Positions 1-10,942 of a stretch of 64,000 nt of DNA are shown here, one piece after another. The notes beneath the pieces are model-generated. The model was not told the DNA's origin and did no database searches. It saw only the letters and a list, made by a program, of their open reading frames with translations. Made by a program: the position numbers and the translations under genes. Position 1 is the first letter of the stretch, and each line of letters begins with the position of its first letter. Location: contig SGZL01000002.1 in assembly GCA_004213955.1 (NCBI GenBank), positions 10,982 to 74,981 of the forward strand. The letters run 5' to 3'. The stretch comes from Gammaproteobacteria bacterium (GTDB lineage Bacteria; Pseudomonadota; Gammaproteobacteria; Magnimaribacterales; AG-339-G14).

Positions 1-94
1 ATTCAACCCATACGTGTTCAATTTAGCCGATTCTTATGTCACTATAGGTTTGTTCATGTACTTAATATTTTCTTTAAAAAAAAGCTTTAAATGA
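1..94 (+). CDS. lspA: Lipoprotein signal peptidase (signal peptidase II), 3' end only; gene begins upstream of the window
   Basis: Frame 2 reads FNPYVFNLADSYVTIGLFMYLIFSLKKSFK*. The FNLAD motif and hydrophobic tail resemble the LspA C-terminus. Stop TGA 92-94 overlaps the ispH ATG (ATGA). lspA-ispH adjacency is the common gammaproteobacterial order. Confidence 0.55.
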   Translation, partial: FNPYVFNLADSYVTIGLFMYLIFSLKKSFK

Positions 95-1026
95 AGATTA
101 TAAAACTAGCAAATCCCAGGGGCTTTTGCGCAGGTGTTGATCGTGCAATTGATATCGTTTCTAAAGCTTTGGAAATCCATGGGCCTCCGATTTATGTGAG
201 ACATGAAGTTGTGCACAATAGAAAAGTTGTTGAGGATTTAAAATCGCGTGGAGCAAAATTCGTTGACGAGCTTTCAGAAATTCCTGAGGATGGGATCACA
301 ATTTTTTCTGCTCATGGAATCTCAGATAAGGTTGAAAAAGAAGCAAAATCTAGGAATTTAAAATTTTTTGATGCAACTTGTCCTTTGGTTTCTAAAGTTC
401 ATAAAGAGGTCATTAGATTTGCTCAAACTGGAAAAGACATAATTATGATAGGGCATAAAAATCATCCTGAAGTTGAAGGAACGCTGGGTAGATTTCCTGA
501 AAATTCGAGAGGAAATATGTATTTAGTAGAGAATCTATCGCAAGCAGAAAAAATTGAAGTTAATCAACCTGAAAATCTATGTTTAGTAACCCAAACAACT
601 TTATCTGTTTCCGATACAGAAGAAATTGTGTTTAAACTTAAAGAAAGATTTCCTTTAATTTTAGAGCCAAAATCGGAAGACATTTGTTATGCGACGCAAA
701 ATAGGCAAGATGCTGTAAAGCAATTAGCTTTAGAATCAGATCTGATAATTGTTGTGGGTTCTGAAAACAGTTCCAACTCTAATAGATTGAAGGAGCTTGC
801 AGAAAATTGTGGAGTTCAATCCTTCTTGATGGATGACCCAGAAAAGATTAGCTCTCTAGACTTAGATAAAATTAACGTCATGGGTATTACTGCAGGAGCA
901 TCCGCTCCGGAAGAGTTAGTGCAGCAAATGGTCCATAAATGTAATTCATTGGGTTACAAGGTTAACGAAGAAATATCAGGACTAAAGGAAGATGTATATT
1001 TCAAATTGCCAGTAGAGTTAAGATGA
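91..1026 (+). CDS. ispH: 4-hydroxy-3-methylbut-2-enyl diphosphate reductase (IspH/LytB)
   Basis: 311 aa. NPRGFCAGVDRAI, DATCPLV and ICYATQNRQ give the three conserved Fe-S cysteines of IspH. Length is typical. Confidence 0.95.
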   Translation: MKIIKLANPRGFCAGVDRAIDIVSKALEIHGPPIYVRHEVVHNRKVVEDLKSRGAKFVDELSEIPEDGITIFSAHGISDKVEKEAKSRNLKFFDATCPLVSKVHKEVIRFAQTGKDIIMIGHKNHPEVEGTLGRFPENSRGNMYLVENLSQAEKIEVNQPENLCLVTQTTLSVSDTEEIVFKLKERFPLILEPKSEDICYATQNRQDAVKQLALESDLIIVVGSENSSNSNRLKELAENCGVQSFLMDDPEKISSLDLDKINVMGITAGASAPEELVQQMVHKCNSLGYKVNEEISGLKEDVYFKLPVELR

Positions 1027-2264
1027 CACAAAAAGTTGCAATCATAGGTGCAGGTATAGCAGGAACAACCACCGCATATTCTTTAGCTAAAAATGGTTTC
1101 GACGTGACGCTAATTGACTCAAGAAGATATCCTGCTATGGCAACCAGTTATGCCAATGGGGGACAATTGAGCGCGAGTAATTCAGAAGTTTGGAATACTC
1201 CAAAAAATATCATTAATGGTATGAAATGGATGTTTAAAAAAGATGCTCCTCTCTTATTCAATCCTTCTCCTAGTCTAGAAAAATATAAGTGGATTATAGG
1301 TTTTTTAGCTGCTTCATTTGATGGTAAACACAAAACCAAAACGCAAGAAACCATCGAGCTTGCAAAAAGAGCGCGAGAACTTTACTACAAAATATCCGAT
1401 GAAGAAGGTTTAGAGTTTGATTTATTAAAAAAAGGGATTTTGCATTTTTACGATACTCAAAAAGAACTGGATATAGCTGCAGCAAAAGCTTCTTGGCTTG
1501 ATCAAGAAGGAATGGAATGGGAAGTCCTGGATATAGACCAAGTTGAAGATTTAGAGCCAGCTTTTAAGAATTCAAATAATGAAAAAAAATTAGTTGGAGG
1601 AATTTATACAAAATCAGATGCTAGTGGAGATATTCATAAGTTTTGTAAGAATATGCACAAACTTTTAGTAGACAGGTACGAAGTGAAATCATTATTCAAT
1701 ACCGAAATCGAAAGTATTTATAAAGATAAAGACAAAGTTATTTTATCTGCGGCTACTGATTCAGAAACAACTGGCTATCATTTCGATAAGGTAGCCATTT
1801 GTGCAGGTATCGACACACAAAAATTTGCAGATATTCTTGGCGATAAAATGAGAGTCTATCCTGTTAAAGGCTATAGCGTAACCATTCACCTAGACGATGA
1901 ACGATCAAGACAATACGCTCCTCAGGTCTCTCTTCTAGACGATCCAAAAAAAATTGTATCGAGTCGACTTGGAGATCGACTTAGAGTTGCAGGCACAGCT
2001 GAACTGGCTGGAAAAAATAAAGACATTAGACAAGATAGAATTAGGCCTTTATTAAGTTGGGTTCGAGAATATTTTCCAAATGTAAGCACAGAAAATTATA
2101 CCCCTTGGGCAGGTTTGAGACCCATGACTCCAGACATGATGCCTCTAGTATTCGAAAGCAAAGCAAAAGGAATTTTTTATAACACTGGACACGGTCATCT
2201 AGGATGGACCTTAGGAGCAGCCACAGGAGATTTATTGGCTGCAAAAATTATCAATGCTGATTAA
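1023..2264 (+). CDS. dadA: FAD-dependent D-amino-acid dehydrogenase-like oxidoreductase
   Basis: 413 aa. N-terminal IIGAGIAG dinucleotide fold. Blocks KWMF, VYPVKGYS, GLRPMTPD and NTGHGHLGWT parallel E. coli DadA as I recall it. Confidence 0.8.
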   Translation: MTQKVAIIGAGIAGTTTAYSLAKNGFDVTLIDSRRYPAMATSYANGGQLSASNSEVWNTPKNIINGMKWMFKKDAPLLFNPSPSLEKYKWIIGFLAASFDGKHKTKTQETIELAKRARELYYKISDEEGLEFDLLKKGILHFYDTQKELDIAAAKASWLDQEGMEWEVLDIDQVEDLEPAFKNSNNEKKLVGGIYTKSDASGDIHKFCKNMHKLLVDRYEVKSLFNTEIESIYKDKDKVILSAATDSETTGYHFDKVAICAGIDTQKFADILGDKMRVYPVKGYSVTIHLDDERSRQYAPQVSLLDDPKKIVSSRLGDRLRVAGTAELAGKNKDIRQDRIRPLLSWVREYFPNVSTENYTPWAGLRPMTPDMMPLVFESKAKGIFYNTGHGHLGWTLGAATGDLLAAKIINAD

Positions 2265-2793
2265 TTCAGGATGGGCTGAAGAAGCTCAAAAAATATCTTC
2301 TCCAAATTTTAATGATAGACCCAAAGGTATTGGCATTAATTTAATTGTGATTCACTGCATAAGCCTGCCCCCAGGTAAATTTGGATCTAATGATGTTGAT
2401 GATTTTTTTCAAAATAATTTAGATATTAAAAAAAATGAATATTTCAAAAGTATTGCTTCATTAAAAGTTTCCTCACATTTTTTAATCCAAAGAACAGGTA
2501 ATTTAAAACAGTATGTTTCCACAGAAAAAAGGGCATGGCATGCAGGAATATCAAAATATAATAATCAAGAAAATTGTAATGATTTTTCAATAGGGATAGA
2601 ACTTGAAGGCACAGAAAACTCTGAATACGAGAACAATCAGTATTTAACTTTAATAAAATTAATTCATGCATTGATGATCGAATATCCGAGTATTACCAAA
2701 GAAAGAATTGTTGGGCATTCTGATATTGCGCCTGATAGAAAAAAAGATCCAGGAATAAAATTTGACTGGGAGTTTTTAAAATCTAAAATCTAA
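2254..2793 (+). CDS. ampD: 1,6-anhydro-N-acetylmuramyl-L-alanine amidase (AmpD)
   Basis: 179 aa. SPNFNDRP, IVIHCISLPPG, AWHAG, GIELEG and VGHSDIAPDRKKDPG are amidase_2/AmpD signature blocks. Confidence 0.85.
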   Translation: MLINSGWAEEAQKISSPNFNDRPKGIGINLIVIHCISLPPGKFGSNDVDDFFQNNLDIKKNEYFKSIASLKVSSHFLIQRTGNLKQYVSTEKRAWHAGISKYNNQENCNDFSIGIELEGTENSEYENNQYLTLIKLIHALMIEYPSITKERIVGHSDIAPDRKKDPGIKFDWEFLKSKI

Positions 2794-2795
2794 AT

Positions 2796-3278
2796 ATGCC
2801 ATCTTTCGATATTGAATCCAAAGTTGATTTTCATGAATTAACGAACGCTGTAGATCAATCAAATAGAGTTATTTCAAATAGATTTGATTTTAAAGATGCT
2901 AATGCTGTCTATGAAATAAAAGAAAATAAACTAGCTTTAATAGCTAATGAAGTTTTTCAATTGGATCAAATGATACCAATTTTGAAAGAAAATTTAGCTA
3001 AACGTTCTATAGATTTAAAAGCTTTGAAATTTGGAGAGAAAACATCTAATAATAATAAGGCTTATTTAGATGCGGAAATAGTCCAAGGGGTGGATCAGGA
3101 AATTTCAAAAAAAATTATTAGAGTTGTGAAAGATTCAAAAATAAAAGTTCAAAGTTCCATTCAAGGTGAAAGTATTAGAGTTTCAGGAAAAAAGCGAGAT
3201 CAATTACAAGAAATCATCAGTTTAATAAAGAAGCAAGAATTGGAGATCCCCCTTCAGTTTGTTAATTTTAGAGATTAA
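2796..3278 (+). CDS. yajQ: YajQ-family nucleotide-binding protein (UPF0234)
   Basis: 160 aa. MPSFDI...VD..EL.NAV.Q start and the length are typical of YajQ. Confidence 0.88.
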   Translation: MPSFDIESKVDFHELTNAVDQSNRVISNRFDFKDANAVYEIKENKLALIANEVFQLDQMIPILKENLAKRSIDLKALKFGEKTSNNNKAYLDAEIVQGVDQEISKKIIRVVKDSKIKVQSSIQGESIRVSGKKRDQLQEIISLIKKQELEIPLQFVNFRD

Positions 3279-3280
3279 TA

Positions 3281-4561
3281 ATGTCTTGGCTCTTTTCTAT
3301 CAGGAGTTACTTTCAAACCAGAATTTTACTAATATCGGCTCTAGGAGTTTTATCAGGACTGCCTTTAGGGTTATTAATTGATCCTCTTAGGTATTGGCTA
3401 TCTGAAATCGGTATAGAAAAATCTACTATAGGCTTGCTCTCTTTAGTAATGCTTTCTTACTCTTTAAAGATGTTTTGGGCTCCTTTAGTTGATCGTTTAA
3501 GGATCCCATTTTTATATAAAATTGGACAAAGAAAAAGTTGGCTTATACTTTCACAGTTATTTACTTTTTTATGTATTCTAATTGTAGGTTTTTTAGATCC
3601 TTCGCAAGAACTCAATATATTTATCTTATTTGTTTTAGCACTAAGTTTTTTTTCTGCAACTCAAGACATCTGTGTAGATGCAATTAGAATAGAATTGGTT
3701 GATAAGAAATCAATTGGTGAAGCATCTGCTGTTTACATTATTGGTTACAGACTTGGAGCTATATTTTTATCTCAAGTTATTACATTTTATATAGCCGATT
3801 CCTATGGATGGGACATTGCTTATTTTAGCATTGGCATAATTTTTATTATTTCTTCATTCATTTTAATAATGTTGCTGCCAGAGCCTCATCGAGCAGAAAA
3901 ACCATATTTGTCAATCCTAAAGAAACCAGGTTTATGGTTTAAAGATTCATTTATATTGCCATTAACTGATCTAGTCTCCAGATATAAACAGCATTTACTC
4001 CTTCTACTGTTTTTAACTTTTACATACAGACTTAGTGACATGTTCTTAGGACCAATGGCAATGCCTTTCTATCAAGAAATAGGTTTTTCAAAAATTGAAG
4101 TTGCTCAAATTACAAATTTTTATGGCATGTGGATGACAATACTAGGAGGGCTTTTTGCGGGTTTGACTCTTCATAGGTATGGACTTGTCAGAAATATGAT
4201 TGCAGGAGCAATATTTGTGCCGTTGGCAAATATCCCTTTTATTTTTCTTAATATTTTAGGTAAAGATATAAATTTTTTAATTCTGACTATTACAATCGAC
4301 AACTTCTCTCAAGGTTTTATCTCGGTTGTAGGAATAACTTTTTTATCAAATTTAGTCTCAAAAACATATACCGCAACTCAATACGCTCTACTTTTTGGCT
4401 TAGTTGTTATTCCCCCAAATATTATTTCAAGTGGATCAGGCTTTGTTGTTGAGGCATACGGATTTCAAAACTTTTTTATATTATGTGCTTTATTAGGTTT
4501 ACCGGCGATAATTTTATCGCTAATGGTTTGGAGAAAAAGATCGATTTTTGGTTTTGATTAA
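3281..4561 (+). CDS. ampG: AmpG-family muropeptide permease (MFS)
   Basis: 426 aa polytopic membrane protein. GLPLGL and FWAPLVDR motifs are characteristic of AmpG. It is clustered with ampD. Confidence 0.85.
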   Translation: MSWLFSIRSYFQTRILLISALGVLSGLPLGLLIDPLRYWLSEIGIEKSTIGLLSLVMLSYSLKMFWAPLVDRLRIPFLYKIGQRKSWLILSQLFTFLCILIVGFLDPSQELNIFILFVLALSFFSATQDICVDAIRIELVDKKSIGEASAVYIIGYRLGAIFLSQVITFYIADSYGWDIAYFSIGIIFIISSFILIMLLPEPHRAEKPYLSILKKPGLWFKDSFILPLTDLVSRYKQHLLLLLFLTFTYRLSDMFLGPMAMPFYQEIGFSKIEVAQITNFYGMWMTILGGLFAGLTLHRYGLVRNMIAGAIFVPLANIPFIFLNILGKDINFLILTITIDNFSQGFISVVGITFLSNLVSKTYTATQYALLFGLVVIPPNIISSGSGFVVEAYGFQNFFILCALLGLPAIILSLMVWRKRSIFGFD

Positions 4562-4911
4562 TGAAATATTTTTCATGGTTTTGGGGCTTTCAGTTTTTAT
4601 CGGCAACGCTTCTAGTTAGTTATGGATTATTTAGTGTTCCTTCGGAAGAATCATCCTTAAATATTCCAGATAAATCTCTTCATTTTTCAGCTTTTTTAGT
4701 TTTATCAATTACTCTTTACAAAACATTCAAAAATATATTTTTACTTTTTATTCTATTTTTCTATGCAGTAATTTCAGAGCTGATTCAATTTTATCTTCCC
4801 TACAGAGAAATGGAATTTACTGATATTTTATTTAATTTTTTAGGAATTTTTGTTTTTTTAATTGCTATTTTTTTTCGCAAAATACTTGAAAAAAAAGAAT
4901 CCAGCACATAA
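4561..4911 (+). CDS. VanZ-like small membrane protein
   Basis: 116 aa with 4 predicted TM segments. DKSLHFSAF and E-x2-Q-x6-R-x5-D-x3-N-x2-G (ELIQFYLPYREMEFTDILFNFLG) match the VanZ-like pattern. Start overlaps the ampG stop (TAATG). Confidence 0.55.
   Translation: MKYFSWFWGFQFLSATLLVSYGLFSVPSEESSLNIPDKSLHFSAFLVLSITLYKTFKNIFLLFILFFYAVISELIQFYLPYREMEFTDILFNFLGIFVFLIAIFFRKILEKKESST
4885..4910 (+). promoter_or_regulatory. Candidate sigma-32 heat-shock promoter for groES-groEL
   Basis: CTTGAA (4885-4890), a 13-nt spacer, then GCACATAA, versus the consensus CTTGAA-N13/14-CCCCATnT. It lies about 85 nt upstream of the groES ATG. The -10 is only a partial match. Confidence 0.35.
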
Positions 4912-4993
4912 ATACATTTTAGTTGTGTATTTAGCTAGTCTTAACTAGAATGCGCAATCTTAATAAAAATTTAGTTTTAGAAAGGAGAATTTA

Positions 4994-5287
4994 ATGAAAT
5001 TTAATCCACTTGGCGATAAGCTTCTTGTTAGAAGAGGCGAAGAGGAAGAGACCACTGCTGGGGGAATCGTTTTACCTGGTTCAGCAGCAGAAAAACCATC
5101 ACAAGGCGAAGTTCTTGCTATAGGTCCTGGAAGAGTTTTAGATAATGGCGATGTAAGTGAAATTCCTGTGAAGGTCGGCGACACTATTGTATTTGGTCAA
5201 TATGCTGGCAGTAATACTATTAAGGTTGATGGCGAAGAACTTTTGATACTTTCTGAAAGTGATTTGCTCGGAACAGTTTCAAAATAA
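4994..5287 (+). CDS. groES: Co-chaperonin GroES
   Basis: 97 aa. [12 protein letters not shown]...TTAGGIVLP mobile loop. SD AAAGGAG upstream. Confidence 0.97.
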   Translation: MKFNPLGDKLLVRRGEEEETTAGGIVLPGSAAEKPSQGEVLAIGPGRVLDNGDVSEIPVKVGDTIVFGQYAGSNTIKVDGEELLILSESDLLGTVSK

Positions 5288-5295
5288 TTAATTAA

Positions 5296-6954
<1,659 letters not shown>

Positions 6955-6968
6955 ATACTCTTTTCTTT

Positions 6969-7000
6969 AAAAAAAAGGGCTCTTCGGAGCCCTTTTTTTT
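6969..7000 (+). terminator. Rho-independent terminator after groEL (A-run/T-run flanked, potentially bidirectional)
   Basis: AAAAAAAA-GGGCTC-TTCG-GAGCCC-TTTTTTTT: perfect 6-bp GC stem, tetraloop, 8-T tail. Confidence 0.85.
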
Positions 7001-7042
7001 GATCAGTAATACAATATAATATAACCTAAAGAGGGATATATT

Positions 7043-7693
7043 ATGGAAGCTTATTTATACAATGTTTTATTCAGATGGGGTCATATAGTTGTTGGTATTG
7101 CTTGGATTGGACTACTTTATTATTTTAATTTTATTCAAACTGAATATGTTAAAAAAGCAGATCCAGAAGCAAAAAAAGATGTAATGACAAAATTGGCTCC
7201 CAATGCCTTATGGTGGTTTAGATGGGCAGCATTCTTTACGTTTCTTACAGGTTTATATCTTCTCTATGTACAAGAAATGATGATTACTACTGCTATAGCA
7301 TTAGGCACTTTGATGGGAACTATTATGATGCTAAATGTTTGGGGTATTATTTGGAGAAATCAAAAAGTTGTAATTGGTCTTAAAGAAGGAGATGCAGTTT
7401 CGGCAGGAGCAAAAGCTGCCTTAGCTTCAAGAACCAATACATTATTGTCTCTACCAATGCTTTATTTTATGGTTTCTTCAGCTCATGGTGGAAGTGCCGC
7501 TTACCCAAAATCTTATTTACTAATAGATGGATATTTAAGTACTGGATTTTGGATTGTATTTGTTGCGGTTTTATTAATTGAAATGAATGCTATCTTTGGA
7601 AAAATGTTTCCAGTAATAACTTCTGTAAGAAGCGTGATTAGCTCTAGCTTAGTTTTAACTATTATTTGTTCTGGTTTAGTTTTTTATCTTTAA
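7043..7693 (+). CDS. Integral membrane protein of unknown function (N-terminus resembles the membrane domain of PuuD/HemJ-like proteins)
   Basis: 216 aa with about 5-6 hydrophobic segments. RWGHIVVGIAWIGLLYYFNF recalls the W-x-H-x(3)-G-I-A-W-I-G start of urate hydroxylase PuuD-type membrane domains. There is no cytochrome c domain. Coding call is solid; function is weak. Confidence 0.6.
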   Translation: MEAYLYNVLFRWGHIVVGIAWIGLLYYFNFIQTEYVKKADPEAKKDVMTKLAPNALWWFRWAAFFTFLTGLYLLYVQEMMITTAIALGTLMGTIMMLNVWGIIWRNQKVVIGLKEGDAVSAGAKAALASRTNTLLSLPMLYFMVSSAHGGSAAYPKSYLLIDGYLSTGFWIVFVAVLLIEMNAIFGKMFPVITSVRSVISSSLVLTIICSGLVFYL

Positions 7694-8970
7694 TCAGAAC
7701 CATTTTCGGTTTCTTTACTAGAAATTTTTAAAATCTTTGCGAATTTAATCATATTGTCTTTGATTAAAACTGTTTCAATTACGTAATTATTTAAATTAAT
7801 AGAAATATTCGACTCAGGAATTGTTTCTATTTTTTCTAAAATTAAACCATTAAGCGTCACTGGGCCTTCCAAAGGTAAGTCCCAGGAAAGTTTTTTATTT
7901 ATTTCTCTAATAGATACACTTCCATCTATTAAAAAGCTTCCATCTTTTTGTTCTTGAAAATCTATTTTGTCAGAAGCTTGATCGGATGATAATTCTCCAA
8001 CAATTTCTTCCAAAATATCGTTGATACTAACAAGTCCTTTTACATTTCCATACTCGTCTACAACTACAGCAGAAGTTTTATTATCTTTTTGGAAATTGAA
8101 GAGTTGGTTGCTTAAAGATGTATTTTCTAAAGCAACATATACTCCATCTACAAATTCCATAAAGCTATCAAAAGATTCTCTTTCATCTATAAGAAAACTT
8201 TTAATACCATTCAAGTCTATTATTCCCTTTAAATTATCAAGATTTTGTTCGTATATTGGGATAATTTCTTTAGAATTTTCAGAAACTTTTTCCATAAGCT
8301 GCTCAAAACTGTCATCTAAATCAATCCCTACTATTTCATTTCTAGGCGTCATAATTTCATCTATCAAGATTACGTCTAGGTCAAGAATACTTATCAACAT
8401 ATCTTGATACCTTTTTGGTATCAAATCTCCCGAGTTTTCTAATACACTTTTTAATTCATCTGTTGTTATGTCCTCGTTAGAGTCATTTTTATTTACATTT
8501 AACAAACTTAGCAAAGAGTTGGAAAAAAAGTTAACAATCCAAATCAAGGGGTATAAAACCTTTTGGAGTATTTTCAAAATAGCTGATGCTGGCAAAGCTA
8601 TTGTTTCTGCGTTCTTTGCAGCAAAAGTTTTAGGAGTAACCTCGGCAAAAATTAATATTATTATCGTTAATATTATTGAACCAATGAAAACCCCACTGTT
8701 ACCGAAAAGCTCTAAACACAATATGGTTGTAAGAGCTGCAGCAAGAATATTTACAAAATTATTTCCAATTAAAATAACTCCAAGCAATCTATCTGGGCGT
8801 TGAAGAAGTTTATCTGCTCTTTTTGCCGAACGATTGTTTTGCTTAATTAAGTGTTTTAATCTGTATTTATTAAGCGCCATCATTCCTGTCTCAGCACTTG
8901 AAAAAAATGCAGACAACACGAGAAGAATTGAAATACTGGATAGAAGCAACCAGATAGGAATTTCGTTCAA
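7690..8970 (-). CDS. CNNM/CorB-type transporter (DUF21 + CBS pair + CorC_HlyC domain)
   Basis: 426 aa. N-terminal FFSSAETGMMALNKYRLKHL (DUF21), a central CBS region, and a C-terminal transporter-associated domain. Confidence 0.85.
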   Translation of the reverse strand: MNEIPIWLLLSSISILLVLSAFFSSAETGMMALNKYRLKHLIKQNNRSAKRADKLLQRPDRLLGVILIGNNFVNILAAALTTILCLELFGNSGVFIGSIILTIIILIFAEVTPKTFAAKNAETIALPASAILKILQKVLYPLIWIVNFFSNSLLSLLNVNKNDSNEDITTDELKSVLENSGDLIPKRYQDMLISILDLDVILIDEIMTPRNEIVGIDLDDSFEQLMEKVSENSKEIIPIYEQNLDNLKGIIDLNGIKSFLIDERESFDSFMEFVDGVYVALENTSLSNQLFNFQKDNKTSAVVVDEYGNVKGLVSINDILEEIVGELSSDQASDKIDFQEQKDGSFLIDGSVSIREINKKLSWDLPLEGPVTLNGLILEKIETIPESNISINLNNYVIETVLIKDNMIKFAKILKISSKETENGSD

Positions 8971-9023
8971 ATTAGATAAAGAGTTGTTTATTCATTTAAC
9001 TTCCAAATTATAGAATGTTTTAC

Positions 9024-9051
9024 TTGAATACCAAATCAATTTAAATAGAAT
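9024..9051 (+). promoter_or_regulatory. Candidate sigma-70 promoter of the rpsP operon
   Basis: TTGAAT (9024-9029), a 16-nt spacer, then TAGAAT (9046-9051), about 20 nt upstream of the rpsP ATG. Confidence 0.35.
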
Positions 9052-9072
9052 AGCCCCTTAAATAATAATTTT

Positions 9073-9648
9073 ATGGTTACTATTAGACTATCTAGATCAG
9101 GCGCAAAGAAAAAACCTTTTTTTCACATTACAGTTACTGATTCGAGAAAACCAAGAGATGGGCGCTTCATTGAAAGAGTTGGATATTTCAATCCTATTGC
9201 TAAAGGAAAAGAATTAAGACTTAAAGTAGACCATGAAAGAATAGATTATTGGCTGGGAGTCGGTGCGTCATTAAGTGACAGGGTTGCACTTTTAGTAAAA
9301 CAATCAAAATTCTCTCCTGAAGAAGAAAAAAATTATCTAAAGTCAAAAGAAGACAAAAGGTTAAAAGTTCTTGCTAAAAAGAAAGAGAAAGCTTTAAAAG
9401 ACTCAGACACTGAAGTTTCCGAATCTAGTGAATCAGACTCTAGTGAAACAACTGAAGCAGCTCCAGCAGAAGAAACTCCTGAAGCCGAAGCAGCTCCAGC
9501 AGAAGAAACTCCTGAAGCCGAAGCAGCTCCAGCAGAAGAAACTCCGGCAGAAGAAACTCCTGAAGCCGAAGCAGCTCCAGCAGAAGAAACTCCGGCAGAA
9601 GAAACTCCGGCAGAAGAAACTCCTGAAGCCGAACAAAAAAAAGATTAA
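9073..9648 (+). CDS. rpsP: 30S ribosomal protein S16 with a ~110-aa C-terminal extension
   Basis: The first ~80 aa ([25 protein letters not shown]...[12 protein letters not shown]) align with canonical 82-aa S16. The ORF then continues for 191 aa total, through a K/E-rich segment and then acidic PAEET repeats. Confidence 0.9.
   Translation: MVTIRLSRSGAKKKPFFHITVTDSRKPRDGRFIERVGYFNPIAKGKELRLKVDHERIDYWLGVGASLSDRVALLVKQSKFSPEEEKNYLKSKEDKRLKVLAKKKEKALKDSDTEVSESSESDSSETTEAAPAEETPEAEAAPAEETPEAEAAPAEETPAEETPEAEAAPAEETPAEETPAEETPEAEQKKD
9455..9633 (+). repeat. In-frame tandem repeat array inside rpsP (33-nt unit with nested 15-nt subunit)
   Basis: GAAGCAGCTCCAGCAGAAGAAACTCCTGAAGCC is repeated head-to-tail with perfect identity. 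The subunit GCAGAAGAAACTCC(G/T) occurs 7 times and encodes 7 PAEET pentapeptides. Confidence 0.92.
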
Positions 9649-9663
9649 TACAACCCTCATTTA

Positions 9664-10170
9664 ATGAAATCCCAAAATGACGAATACATTTTGGTTGGCA
9701 AAGTTGGTAAACCCATAGGATTGAAGGGATGGGCAAAAATTAATTCTTACACGAGACCCGAAGAAAATATTGGAAATTATGAAAGTTTCTTCCAGGGTTC
9801 TAAAAAAAAGCCAATCAGTATCGAAAGTTCAAAAAAATCAGGTAAAAATTTAATTATTAAATTTAAAAGTATCGATACAAGAGAAGATATTGAAATACTA
9901 AAAAATAATGATCTGTTTATTAAAGCTATTGATTTACCAGAATTGAAAGATAATGAATTTTATTGGAAAGATTTGATTGGCATGGAAGTTTATAACCTTA
10001 AAAAAGAATATTTTGGAAAGGTTAAAGAATTGATTGAGGCTGGCTCAGGAGATGTAATGGTAATTAAAGAAGACCGAGACAAGTCTATTTTGATTCCTTT
10101 TGAATATGGTGATTACGTAAAAGAAGTAAAAGATAATAAAATTTTTGTAGACTGGGATAGAGATGACTAA
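9664..10170 (+). CDS. rimM: 16S rRNA processing protein RimM
   Basis: 168 aa. VGKVGKPIGLKGWAKI start; position between rpsP and trmD. Confidence 0.9.
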   Translation: MKSQNDEYILVGKVGKPIGLKGWAKINSYTRPEENIGNYESFFQGSKKKPISIESSKKSGKNLIIKFKSIDTREDIEILKNNDLFIKAIDLPELKDNEFYWKDLIGMEVYNLKKEYFGKVKELIEAGSGDVMVIKEDRDKSILIPFEYGDYVKEVKDNKIFVDWDRDD

Positions 10171-10942
10171 AAAAGCGTATTTCATATCTATTTTCCCAAA
10201 AATTTTTAATGCTGTCTTAAATGAAGGCATTACAAAAAAATCTTTAAATAAGAAAATAATAGATTTTGAAGTAGTTAATCCTATTGATTTTTTAAAAGAG
10301 AAAGAAAGATTAGATGATGTTTCTTATGGCGGGGGTCCTGGGATGTTACTGAAAGCACTTCCAATTATAGAATCAATTGATTTTTGTAAATCAAAAGCAA
10401 AAAAAGATACAAAAGTTATTTATTTAAGTCCACAAGGACAGTTGTTTAACCAATCATTTGCTAAAAAGTTGGCAAAAGAAAATGAACTTATATTCGTTTG
10501 TGGAAGGTATGAAGGTATTGATAATAGAGTAATTGAGTCTAGAGTTGATTTAGAAATTAGTGTTGGAGACTATGTTCTCTCAGGAGGAGAAATAGCTGCA
10601 TTGGCAGTGCATGATTCCATTTGTAGAAATTATAAAGGGTTTCTTGGAGACGAGAATTCTCTTTGCGAAGAAAGCTTTGAGAACAATTTATTGGAATACC
10701 CTCAATTTACTAAGCCAAAGGAGCTAGAAAGTGGAAAAGTACCGGAAGTTTTGTTGAGCGGTGACCATAAAAAAATTGCTTATTGGCGCAGAAAACAAAG
10801 TCTAGGTAAAACTTTTATGAATAGAAAAGATTTATTTTCTAAATTAGATCTAAATGAAACTGACGAAAAAATTTTAGAAGAATTTCTTAGTGAACTTGGC
10901 TATGATTCTGATAGAATCTCCGAGCTATTAAAGGAAATATAA
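10163..10942 (+). CDS. trmD: tRNA (guanine37-N1)-methyltransferase TrmD
   Basis: 259 aa. [31 protein letters not shown] and [11 protein letters not shown] motifs. Confidence 0.93.
   Translation: MTKKAYFISIFPKIFNAVLNEGITKKSLNKKIIDFEVVNPIDFLKEKERLDDVSYGGGPGMLLKALPIIESIDFCKSKAKKDTKVIYLSPQGQLFNQSFAKKLAKENELIFVCGRYEGIDNRVIESRVDLEISVGDYVLSGGEIAALAVHDSICRNYKGFLGDENSLCEESFENNLLEYPQFTKPKELESGKVPEVLLSGDHKKIAYWRRKQSLGKTFMNRKDLFSKLDLNETDEKILEEFLSELGYDSDRISELLKEI

Noticed and set aside
4931-4950. CIRCE (HrcA) element upstream of groES
   Set aside because: Only a weak 5-bp inverted repeat (CTAGT-CTTA-ACTAG) is present. It does not match TTAGCACTC-N9-GAGTGCTAA.
8021-8803. Plus-strand ORFs 8021-8407 and 8468-8803 inside the CorB-like gene. 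The same applies to other listed antisense or alternative-frame ORFs inside genes, for example 1148-1354, 5653-5889, 21187-21609, 23300-23629, 27531-29454, 50212-50478, 53497-53781, 60819-61106 and 61603-61806.
   Set aside because: These are shadow ORFs opposite, or out of frame with, well-supported genes. They give low-complexity or hydrophobic nonsense translations with no SD and no family resemblance.
9428-9736. Three ORFs (9428-9664 +, 9433-9660 -, 9440-9736 -) with monotonous repeat peptides; also a possible CRISPR-like array
   Set aside because: They are alternative-frame and antisense readings of the rpsP tandem repeat. The repeat units are contiguous with no spacers and stay in-frame with S16, so this is neither separate genes nor a CRISPR array.
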